A stretch of DNA of 62,601 nt, from positions 11,547 through 74,147 of the forward strand of contig JARRKQ010000061.1 in the NCBI GenBank assembly GCA_037387885.1. Reading direction: 5' to 3'. Within the stretch, counting starts at the first letter, position 1; each line of letters begins with the position of its first letter. This document shows, piece by piece, positions 10,654-18,663 of the stretch. A program made the position numbers and the translations under genes. The notes under the pieces were generated by a model that worked only from the letters and a program-made list of their open reading frames with translations, ran no database searches and was not told the DNA's origin. This stretch comes from Alphaproteobacteria bacterium (GTDB lineage Bacteria > Pseudomonadota > Alphaproteobacteria > JAPULJ01).

Positions 10654-11760
10654 TCAGACTTCCCTTGTCTCGAAATCGATGCGCGGATCGACGAAGACGT
10701 AAGTGAGATCGGTGATGAGCTTGATCAGCAGGCTCAGCAACGAGAACACATAAAGCGTGGCGAAGACGATCGGGTAGTCGCGCTCGAACACGGCCGTGAA
10801 GCCGAGCAGGCCGAGGCCTTCGAGCGAGAAGATCACCTCGATCAACAGCGAGCCGGCGAAGAAGATGCCGACGAATGCCGCGGGAAAACCCGCGATCACG
10901 ATCAGCATCGCGTTGCGGAAGATGTGGCCGTAGAGCACCCGGCGCTCGGGGATGCCCTTGGCGCGCGCGGTCAGCACGTACTGCTTGTTGATCTCGTCGA
11001 GGAACGAGTTCTTGGTCAGCATGGTGAGGCTGGCGAAGCCGCCAATCACCATGGCGAAGACCGGCAGGGTGATGTGCCAGAAATAATCGGCGATCTTTCC
11101 GAAGAAGGAGAGATCGTGCCAATTCGAGGAGACGAGCCCGCGCAAGGGGAACCAGTCGAGATAGCGTCCACCCGCGAAGATCACGACGAGCAGGATGGCG
11201 AAGAGGAAGCCCGGGATCGCGTTGCCGATGATGATGACGCCGCTGGTCCAGCCGTCGAAGCGCGAGCCGTCGCGCTTGGCCTTGGCGATGCCGAGCGGAA
11301 TGCAGATGAGATAGATGATCAGGGTCGTCCAAAGCCCGAGCGAGATCGAGACCGGCATCGCCTCGAGCACGAGCTGCATCACCGGTTTGCCTTTGAAGAA
11401 GCTGTCACCGAAATCGAAGGTAACGTACTTCCCCAACATCACCGCGAATTGCTCGTGGAGCGGCTTGTCGAGACCGAATTCTTTCTTCAGGCGCTCGATC
11501 AGCTTGGGATCGATGCCGCGCGCCGCCCGGCTCTTCGACTCGTCGCCGGCGCCCGTGCTTTGCTGGCCGCCGCCCGTTTCGGCCTGGCCGCCGCCCGAGC
11601 CGATGCGCTCGGTCGCCGCCGCGCTTCGCCCGCGCATCTCCGCGATCAGCCGCTCGACCGGCCCGCCGGGGGCGGTCTGGATCAGCGCGAAGTTGATCAC
11701 CATGATGCCGAAGAGTGTCGGCAGAATGAGCAGAAGCCGGCGGACGATATAGGCAAACAT
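10654..11760 (-). CDS. yejB: Peptide ABC transporter permease (YejB-like)
   Basis: MFAYIVRRLLLILPTLFGI, APGGPVE, TKNSFLDEINKQYVLTARAKG, DPRIDFE. Confidence 0.92.
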   Translation of the reverse strand: MFAYIVRRLLLILPTLFGIMVINFALIQTAPGGPVERLIAEMRGRSAAATERIGSGGGQAETGGGQQSTGAGDESKSRAARGIDPKLIERLKKEFGLDKPLHEQFAVMLGKYVTFDFGDSFFKGKPVMQLVLEAMPVSISLGLWTTLIIYLICIPLGIAKAKRDGSRFDGWTSGVIIIGNAIPGFLFAILLVVIFAGGRYLDWFPLRGLVSSNWHDLSFFGKIADYFWHITLPVFAMVIGGFASLTMLTKNSFLDEINKQYVLTARAKGIPERRVLYGHIFRNAMLIVIAGFPAAFVGIFFAGSLLIEVIFSLEGLGLLGFTAVFERDYPIVFATLYVFSLLSLLIKLITDLTYVFVDPRIDFETREV

Positions 11761-11830
11761 TGGCTAGCGGCCGCCCACGGTCAGGGACGGGTAAGAGCTG
11801 GGAGCGGGGCGGGAGCGCCGGCCACGGTCG

Positions 11831-13717
11831 TCAGTTCGGTTTCAGCGCCGAGCCCAACGCCGCTTCTTTCTTCTTGTCGACCCACCAGACGAAGAGATCC
11901 TCGCCGCGGATGGTCGGCTTGCCCGGCCGGCCGAACTTGTCCCAGAAGACGATGCGCTGCGCCGGAATGTGCCATTGCGGGATCACATAGTGGTGCCACA
12001 GCAGAACCCGGTCGAGCGCGCGGGTGCGGGCAACGAGGCTGTCGCGGTCGGGCGCGGAGATGACCAGCTCGACCAGCTCGTCGATCGCCTTGTCGCTCAC
12101 GCCGAGCCAATTCTGCGAGCCCTCGATCTTGGCCGCATGGCTGCCCCAATAGTTGCGCTGCTCGTTGCCGGGGCTGAGCGACTGGCCGAAGGTGAGCGTC
12201 GTGATGTCGTAGTCGAACTTGCGCATCCGCGCTTCATACTGCGATGGATCGACAAGGCGCACCCGCGCCCTGATGCCAAGCCGCTCGAGGTTCTTGGCGA
12301 AGGGCAGCAGGATGCGCTCGAATTCCTGGCTGCCGGTGAGGATCTCGAACTCCATCGCCTCGCCGGTCTTTGCGTTGACGAGCTTCTGGTTCTTGACCAC
12401 CCAGCCGGCCGCTTTCAGCAGCTTGAAGGCCTCGCGCAAGCCACGCCGCAGCTCGCGCCGGTTCGTGTAGGTGGGAACGTCGTAGACCTTGGTGAAGACT
12501 TCGGGCGGCACCCGCCCCTTGAAGCGCTTGAGGATCTTCAGCTCCTCGCCCTTCGGCAGGCCGCTCGAGGCGAGCTCGGAGTTCTCGAAATAGCTCTTGG
12601 TCCGCTTGTACTGCCCGAAGAAGAGCGTGCGGTTCGTGTAGTTGAAGTCGAAGGCGTAGCCGAGCGCCCGGCGCACCCGCGGATCGGAGAATTTTGCCTT
12701 CCGCGAATTGATCGCGAAGGCCTGCATGCCCGCGCCGCTTTCGGTCGGCACCAGCAGCTTGATCAGCTTCTTCGCCTTCAGCGCCGGGATCTCGTAGGCC
12801 GTCGCCCACGCCTTGGCCTGATTTTCCTGGCGGTAGTCGATGCGGCCCGACTTCAGCGCCTCGCGCAGCACGGTGGTGTCGCGGTAGTAGTCGAGGCGGA
12901 TGCGGTCGAAATTGTGGCGCCCGCGCATGATCGGCAGATTGGCCGCCCAATAGTTCTTGTCGCGGACGTAAGTGATGCGCCGGCCGGCCTCGAACTTTTC
13001 GATCCGGTAAGGCCCGCTGCCCACCGGCGGGTCGAGCGTCGGCTTGGTGAAATCGCGCTTCTCCCAATAGTGCTTCGGCAGCACCGTGAGCTCGGCGATG
13101 ATGAGCGGCAGCTCGCGGTTCTCGCCGGGCTTGAAGGTGAACTTCACCTTGAGCGGGCCCAGCTTCTCCACCTTGGCAACGTGGCTGTAGTAGAAGCGAT
13201 AGAAGGGCACGCCCTTTTCGACCAGGATGTTGAAGGAGAAGATCACGTCGTCGGCGGTGATCGGCTTGCCGTCGTGAAAGCGCGCTTCCTTGCGGATATT
13301 AAAGATCACCCAGGAGCGGTCCTTGGGCACCTCCATCGACTCGGCAATCAGCCCGTAGCGGGTGAAGGCCTCGTCGTTCGAGGCCATCGTGAGCTGGTCG
13401 TTCAGGAGGCCGATCAGCCCGGCCGCCGTCCCGCGGATGATGTAGCCGTTGAAGGAATCGAAGGTGCCGCGGACGCCCAGGCGCACGGTGCCGCCCTTGG
13501 GGGCGTTCGGATTGACGTAATCGAAATGCGTGAAGCCCGCTTTGTATTTCACGTCGCCGTGCATAGCGATGCCGTGCGTCGGGGCGATGCCGTGCGACGG
13601 GGATTGCGCCGCCGCGTGCCCGCCGGCCATCGCCCCCAACACCAAAACCGCGAATAACGGGGCCCGCGGCAATGCAGCGGCGACGGCCGCGCTCGCGGCC
13701 GGCAGGAGCTTTGTCAT
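11831..13717 (-). CDS. yejA: Peptide ABC transporter substrate-binding protein (YejA-like)
   Basis: HGIAMHGDVKY...FDYVNPNAPKGG, GSGPY, SPGNEQRNYWGS; signal peptide; first gene of a yejABEF-type operon. Confidence 0.9.
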   Translation of the reverse strand: MTKLLPAASAAVAAALPRAPLFAVLVLGAMAGGHAAAQSPSHGIAPTHGIAMHGDVKYKAGFTHFDYVNPNAPKGGTVRLGVRGTFDSFNGYIIRGTAAGLIGLLNDQLTMASNDEAFTRYGLIAESMEVPKDRSWVIFNIRKEARFHDGKPITADDVIFSFNILVEKGVPFYRFYYSHVAKVEKLGPLKVKFTFKPGENRELPLIIAELTVLPKHYWEKRDFTKPTLDPPVGSGPYRIEKFEAGRRITYVRDKNYWAANLPIMRGRHNFDRIRLDYYRDTTVLREALKSGRIDYRQENQAKAWATAYEIPALKAKKLIKLLVPTESGAGMQAFAINSRKAKFSDPRVRRALGYAFDFNYTNRTLFFGQYKRTKSYFENSELASSGLPKGEELKILKRFKGRVPPEVFTKVYDVPTYTNRRELRRGLREAFKLLKAAGWVVKNQKLVNAKTGEAMEFEILTGSQEFERILLPFAKNLERLGIRARVRLVDPSQYEARMRKFDYDITTLTFGQSLSPGNEQRNYWGSHAAKIEGSQNWLGVSDKAIDELVELVISAPDRDSLVARTRALDRVLLWHHYVIPQWHIPAQRIVFWDKFGRPGKPTIRGEDLFVWWVDKKKEAALGSALKPN

Positions 13718-13790
13718 CGGTCTTCACCCTCCGAGGCTTGCGGTCGGCACGCGCGCTGCCCCGGTGAGACGAGGCGCGCGCATATTTGAC

Positions 13791-13841
13791 GATGGATCTG
13801 GCGATGGAATGGCAATGGATTGGCGCTGGATTGGCAATGAC
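13791..13841. repeat. Four tandem ~11-bp direct repeats (consensus NATGGATTGGC) upstream of yejA
   Basis: GATGGATCTGGC GATGGAATGGC AATGGATTGGC GCTGGATTGGC AATGAC, read directly from the sequence. Confidence 0.7.
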
Positions 13842-14147
13842 TTGTCGGCGTTCCTGCGTCGGCGTGTTTCGTCATGTGATTCTAGGACGATTGCGGTCTC
13901 TCACAAAGCGCGTTCCCCCAATGCGCTTCACGATCGCGTCAGCGCTGCAACCGCCGGTCGCGTGTGCGTTTAAGGCAACAGGGTAACAACAACAGATACG
14001 TATACTTTGGCCAACTCCGCATAGATATGGTATGGTTAACGCGCCGGACGAGGAAGCATTTCCGGCCTAGCCCGGTTTTGGGTCTGGCCAACGGCGGGAG
14101 GACGCTGAAGCGTTTACCGGCAAATTGAACTGGAAGGGGAAATCCAC

Positions 14148-14762
14148 ATGAATGCCAGTATGGTGCGCTTTGGCGGCATCGCGCTTTTCATCTACCTCGT
14201 TCTACTGATTCTCGGCAGCCTCGCCTTCGGGGGCTCCATTGTCGGTCGCATCGTCGGACTGATCGGAACTGCCATGCTGATCTTCGGCTTTTGGGCGACG
14301 AAGGGCTACTTGAACGCAAAAGGCCACAGCAAAGCGGATTTGCCGATTCTGATCATCATCGGCGCTTCGGCCCTCGCCGCCATCCTCGGCCTGTTCGGCA
14401 TTGGCGGTGGCATGGGTGGCATGGGCGGTATGGGCGGCATGGGCGCCGGCGGAATGAAGATCGCCGGCATCATCGCTCTGGTGATCATGCTGGTCTGGTT
14501 CCTGTCCTGGCTCTGGTTCGGTTTCAGCGCCCTCAGCTTCGGCAAGACCGGTGGCGGCGTATGGAAGGCGATCGGCATCCTCTACATCATCGGCATGGCC
14601 TGCTTGGCGCTGACGGTGTTGTTCACGATTCTCGCCGTCGCCGCCGGATCGGCCGGCCTGGGCGTGATTGCGGGCATCCTCGTTATCGTTGGAGGATTGG
14701 TGCTGTTGGCGGCGGTGATCGTCCACGGCATCGGGCTGATCCAAGGCGCCGGCAAGATGTAG
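14148..14762 (+). CDS. Hypothetical multi-pass membrane protein (paralog 1) with a Met/Gly-rich loop
   Basis: GGAAGGGG RBS; about six hydrophobic segments; shares motifs with the next ORF. Confidence 0.8.
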   Translation: MNASMVRFGGIALFIYLVLLILGSLAFGGSIVGRIVGLIGTAMLIFGFWATKGYLNAKGHSKADLPILIIIGASALAAILGLFGIGGGMGGMGGMGGMGAGGMKIAGIIALVIMLVWFLSWLWFGFSALSFGKTGGGVWKAIGILYIIGMACLALTVLFTILAVAAGSAGLGVIAGILVIVGGLVLLAAVIVHGIGLIQGAGKM

Positions 14763-14925
14763 GCCTGCCGTCCGCCGGGCTTCACTTTGGGAGCCCGGAT
14801 GGTCAGGCAGACGAGATAGCGGCCCCCGGGCACGCCCTTGGAAGCGAGGACGTGTGCCCGGGGGTCATTGTCATGTCCAGCGTGCGGTCGCAACGAAGGA
14901 GACCACCCAGCATGAGTGACGCGTC

Positions 14926-15657
14926 ATGAGCCCCAGCACAGTTCGATGGGGCGGCATCATGGTATTCATCGGCATCGCCCTCGTCTTCCTGATCCCGATC
15001 ATCTTCGTCTCGTCGATTGGGCTCGAGGGGCTGGCGAGAAACGCTCGCGTCGGCACGACCGCGCCCCAGATGCAAACGATGTCCATCGTCATGAACTTCG
15101 TCATGGCCGCGGTGGTGGGCTTCGTCTTCTACACGACCAAGGGCTATTTCAACGCGCTCGGCTATCACCGCGCGGATATCGTGATCTACCTGATCATCGG
15201 CGCGCAGATCCTCTCCGCGATCATCGGCGCCATCACGAATTCGTCGGCCGGTCTCTCCGGACTCTTGCAGGCCGGCGGCGGACGGGCCCTGGGCGTGGTC
15301 GGGATTGTCGCGATCGTGACCGGGCTCGCGGTACTGATCGCGCTGCTAGTCTTCGCGATCTTCGCGATCAGCTTCGGCAATCATGGCGGCGGCATCTGGA
15401 AGGCGATCGGCATTCTCTATCTGATCGGCCTGCTGGGGATGCTCATCGGCATCGTCATCCTGGCAGTCACCGTGGGCTTCGCCCTCAGCGGCGGGGGCAC
15501 GGCGGGCGCCGGCGCAGGTGGCGCCGCGTTAGCCAGTGTCCTGCTGATCATTGGGTTTCTGTGCTATGCGGCCGCGATCATCTGCCACGGCATCGGCCTG
15601 ATCCTCGGCGCCGGCCGCATGGAGCGCGAAGGCAATCCGGTCGAGGTTTTCGACTAA
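14926..15657 (+). CDS. Hypothetical multi-pass membrane protein (paralog 2)
   Basis: AAGGAG upstream; shares KGYxNAxG...ADxxIxxIIGA, FGxxGGGxWKAIGILYxIG and HGIGLI with 14148..14762. Confidence 0.8.
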   Translation: MSPSTVRWGGIMVFIGIALVFLIPIIFVSSIGLEGLARNARVGTTAPQMQTMSIVMNFVMAAVVGFVFYTTKGYFNALGYHRADIVIYLIIGAQILSAIIGAITNSSAGLSGLLQAGGGRALGVVGIVAIVTGLAVLIALLVFAIFAISFGNHGGGIWKAIGILYLIGLLGMLIGIVILAVTVGFALSGGGTAGAGAGGAALASVLLIIGFLCYAAAIICHGIGLILGAGRMEREGNPVEVFD

Positions 15658-15676
15658 CTCGCTCGACCCAGCCAGG

Positions 15677-16480
15677 CTAGCCGCGCCAGTCGAGCGTATC
15701 GAGCGCTTGGGCGTGACAAGCCGCGTCGCCCGCCGCGGCGATGCGCCCGTCCGATCCGAGGTCGAGTGGCTTGCCGTTCCAATCGGTGACGACCCCGCCC
15801 GCCCCCTCGATGACCGGCCGTAAGGCCGCGAGATCCCAGCTCTTGAGCCCCGCCTCGACGACGAGATCGACGAAGCCGCTCGCCAGCATCGCGTAGCCAT
15901 AGCAGTCGGGCACCCGGCGGAAGGCGCCCGCCGCTGCCCGCACCCGGGAAAACGCCTCGAGCTCGCCCGGACCTTCGAGAAATTCCTCGCCCGTCGTCGA
16001 CACCGTTGCGGCGGCAATCGCCGGACAGGCGCGCGTGCGCACCGGTGCGCCGTTCAACGTCGTCGGAGCACCCGCGACACCGACCCAGCGGTCGCGCGTC
16101 ACCGGTTGGTCGATCACGCCGACCAACGGCACGCCGTCGACGGCAAGCGCGATCAGCGTCCCGAACAGCGGCACGCCCGTCACGAAGGAGCGCGTGCCGT
16201 CGATCGGGTCGAGCACCCATTGCCGGCTGGCGCCATCGCGCTCGCGGCCGTGCTCTTCGCCGACGATGCCGTCGCTCGGATATTCGCTCTCGATGAGCGT
16301 GCGCATGGCGCGCTCGGCCTCGCGGTCGGCGCGGGTGACGGGACTCGCATCCGCCTTGGTCTCGACCGTGACCGGCTGGCGGTAATAGCGCAGCGCCACC
16401 GCGCCCGCCTCGTCGGCGAGCCGGCCCGCGAATGCGGCCGCTTCGTTGAGCTCCGCTTCGGTCAACTCGGCTTCGGACAT
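15677..16480 (-). CDS. hisN: Histidinol-phosphate phosphatase (inositol monophosphatase family)
   Basis: KADASPVTRADREAE, GEEHG, WVLDPIDGTRSF, WDLAA..PVIEGAGG. Confidence 0.82.
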   Translation of the reverse strand: MSEAELTEAELNEAAAFAGRLADEAGAVALRYYRQPVTVETKADASPVTRADREAERAMRTLIESEYPSDGIVGEEHGRERDGASRQWVLDPIDGTRSFVTGVPLFGTLIALAVDGVPLVGVIDQPVTRDRWVGVAGAPTTLNGAPVRTRACPAIAAATVSTTGEEFLEGPGELEAFSRVRAAAGAFRRVPDCYGYAMLASGFVDLVVEAGLKSWDLAALRPVIEGAGGVVTDWNGKPLDLGSDGRIAAAGDAACHAQALDTLDWRG

Positions 16481-16519
16481 CGGGGTATCCCGGTCAGATC
16501 CCGCGCGCCGGGCGCCGGA

Positions 16520-17626
16520 CTATTTCGCCGGCAGCGGCGGCGGGCTGTCGCTCAGCGTGCGCAGATAGGCGATCAGATCGGCGCGGTCTTTTTCCTTCGC
16601 CGTCTTCAGCGTCATCCTGGTGCCTTTCACGAAAGCCCTGGGGTTGGCGAGGAACGTGAACAGCTCGGCATAGGTCCACTTGCCGCCCTTCGCCTTCATC
16701 GCGCTGGAGAAGCGATAGCCCTCGACCGCCCCCCGGTCGCGGAGCACGACCCCGTAGAGGTTGGGGCCGACCTTGTGGCTCGCCCCCTTGGCGAAGGAAT
16801 GACACGCCCGGCATTTCCGTTTGGCCAAGGTCTCGCCGCGCTTGGCGTCGGCCGTCGCCAGCAGCGGGCCAATGGCGGCCATTTGGGCCGGGGCCTTTTC
16901 TTTCGGTTTTTCCGCAGGCTTTTCTGCGGGTTTTTCCGCTGCTTTTTCTGCCGGCTTCTCCGCGGCTTTGGCTTCAGGCTTCTTCGCTTCAGGCTTCTTC
17001 TCTGCGGGCTTCTGCTCCGGCGCCTTCGCCTCGGGCTTCTTCTCCGGCGCCTTCGCCTCGGGCTTCTTCTCCGCCTCCTTCGGCGCGGGCGGCAGCGGCA
17101 CGGGGCTGTCGGCGAGCGTCCGCAGGTACAGGAGGACGTTCGCGCGGTCCTCGGGCTTGGGCATCTTGAACGTCATCTTGGTGCCCTTCACCGCGGCGAT
17201 CGGATTGCGCAGGAATTCGTAGATGTTCTCGTACGTCCACTTGCCGCCCGCGGATTTCATGCCCGCCGAATAGTTGAAGCCTTCATGCCCGCCGCGCTCG
17301 CGACCCACGACGCCGTAGAGATTGGGGCCGAGCTTGTTGGGGCCGCCCTTTTCCAGCGTGTGGCATTGGAGGCAACGTCGAACGAGCTTCTTGCCCGCCT
17401 CGAGATCGCCGGATGCCAGGAGCTTGGCGACGGGCGGATCCTTTGCCGGCTCCGCGGCTTCGCCTGTTCCGCCGCCATGGCCGGCATCGGCCGTATGCCC
17501 AGTCCCATGTCCGGCGCCGCGGCCGCCGGGCGGCACCAAGATGTCGCCGGCAAAGCTGACGACCATCGCAACCAGGGCCGTGAGCAAAACCGCGCCCGAA
17601 ATCTTCGTGAGTAGCATTGTGTTCAT
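16520..17626 (-). CDS. Membrane-anchored cytochrome c (CycM-like) with two tandem class I heme domains
   Basis: N-terminal anchor ([13 protein letters not shown]); CLQCH...GTKM and CRACH...GTRM domains joined by an E/K/P/A-rich linker. Confidence 0.88.
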   Translation of the reverse strand: MNTMLLTKISGAVLLTALVAMVVSFAGDILVPPGGRGAGHGTGHTADAGHGGGTGEAAEPAKDPPVAKLLASGDLEAGKKLVRRCLQCHTLEKGGPNKLGPNLYGVVGRERGGHEGFNYSAGMKSAGGKWTYENIYEFLRNPIAAVKGTKMTFKMPKPEDRANVLLYLRTLADSPVPLPPAPKEAEKKPEAKAPEKKPEAKAPEQKPAEKKPEAKKPEAKAAEKPAEKAAEKPAEKPAEKPKEKAPAQMAAIGPLLATADAKRGETLAKRKCRACHSFAKGASHKVGPNLYGVVLRDRGAVEGYRFSSAMKAKGGKWTYAELFTFLANPRAFVKGTRMTLKTAKEKDRADLIAYLRTLSDSPPPLPAK

Positions 17627-17811
17627 GAACTGTTTTTCGCTGGCACCGAGCCCGGACGCATTCAAAGTCCGGCTCGCCGAGGCGGATTAGCGAAAGTTTA
17701 TAGGGTGCTGGCCGTGCCCCGTCACCCCCCGGATTGACCAACGCATGGGGTCCCATCGCGTGGCAATATGTCGCAGAGTATCGGCCCGCCAAACGAGGCA
17801 CGAGAGCACGC

Positions 17812-18594
17812 ATGGTCAAGTCTCAGAAAGGCTCGCCGAACGGCGGGGCCGGGCATCGTCCGATCATCATCATTCCGGCGCGGATGGCGGCGACGCGCCT
17901 GCCCGGCAAGCCGCTCGCGGATATCGCGGGCAAGCCGATGATCGTGCATGTGCTCGAACGTGCGAGCGAGGCGGCGCTGGGTCCGGTCGTGGTCGCTTGC
18001 GGCGATGCCGAGATCGCGGCGGCGGTGAACGCGGCGGGTGGCCGCGCCGTGATGACCGATCCCGATCTTCCCTCCGGCTCCGACCGCGTCCTCGCGGCCG
18101 TTACGAGCGTCGATCCCGATGGCGCGCACAACGTCGTCATCAACCTGCAGGGCGATCTGCCCGCCATCGCGCCCGCCGCGATTGCCGCGGTGCTCGATCC
18201 GCTTGGCGACCCTGCCGTCGACATCGCGACCCTGGTCGCACCGATCGGCGATCCCGCCGAGCGCGACGATCCCAACGTGGTCAAGGCGGCGCTCGACTTC
18301 GGCGGCCCGGATCAAAGGCAAGGGCGTACGGCCCGCGCGCTTTACTACTCGCGCGCCGCCGTGCCGTCGGGCGAAGGGCCGCTCTACCATCACATCGGCA
18401 TCTATGCCTTCCGGCGGGCGGCGCTCAAGCGCTTCGTCGCCCTGCCGCCCTCGGGACTGGAGAAACGCGAGCGGCTGGAACAGCTCCGCGCGCTCGAAGC
18501 CGGCATGCGCATCGACGCGGCGCTGATCGACGACGTGCCCCTGGGCGTCGACACCGAAGCCGACCTCGCCAAGGCGCGCTCGCTCCTCGCTTGA
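17812..18594 (+). CDS. kdsB: 3-deoxy-manno-octulosonate cytidylyltransferase
   Basis: [54 protein letters not shown]. Confidence 0.95.
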   Translation: MVKSQKGSPNGGAGHRPIIIIPARMAATRLPGKPLADIAGKPMIVHVLERASEAALGPVVVACGDAEIAAAVNAAGGRAVMTDPDLPSGSDRVLAAVTSVDPDGAHNVVINLQGDLPAIAPAAIAAVLDPLGDPAVDIATLVAPIGDPAERDDPNVVKAALDFGGPDQRQGRTARALYYSRAAVPSGEGPLYHHIGIYAFRRAALKRFVALPPSGLEKRERLEQLRALEAGMRIDAALIDDVPLGVDTEADLAKARSLLA

Positions 18595-18621
18595 TTGCAA
18601 ATATTATTGGAAAATTTGGTT

Positions 18622-18642
18622 TTTATAGGCTAAGCCTATAAA
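18622..18642. promoter_or_regulatory. Perfect palindromic operator candidate TTTATAGGC-TAA-GCCTATAAA
   Basis: 9-bp perfect arms, 3-bp spacer, in an AT-rich island ending 21 bp before the XRE-PheA start; the right arm contains a TATAAA -10-like hexamer. Confidence 0.7.
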
Positions 18643-18663
18643 TTCTGAACGGCGGACACACGA

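Noticed and set aside
13786-13986. 66-aa ORF MTMDLAMEWQWIG... as a leader peptide
   Set aside because: No RBS; it starts with TTG and arises from translating the 11-bp repeats; it is antisense to the yejA promoter region.
14041-14100. Firm call of a guanidine-III or c-di-GMP-I riboswitch
   Set aside because: Only short fragments match; the pseudoknot partner and the GNRA/receptor helix are missing. Kept only as a weak finding.
16920-17090. [13 protein letters not shown] repeats as an independent repeat element
   Set aside because: This is the coding low-complexity linker of the cytochrome, covered in that finding.
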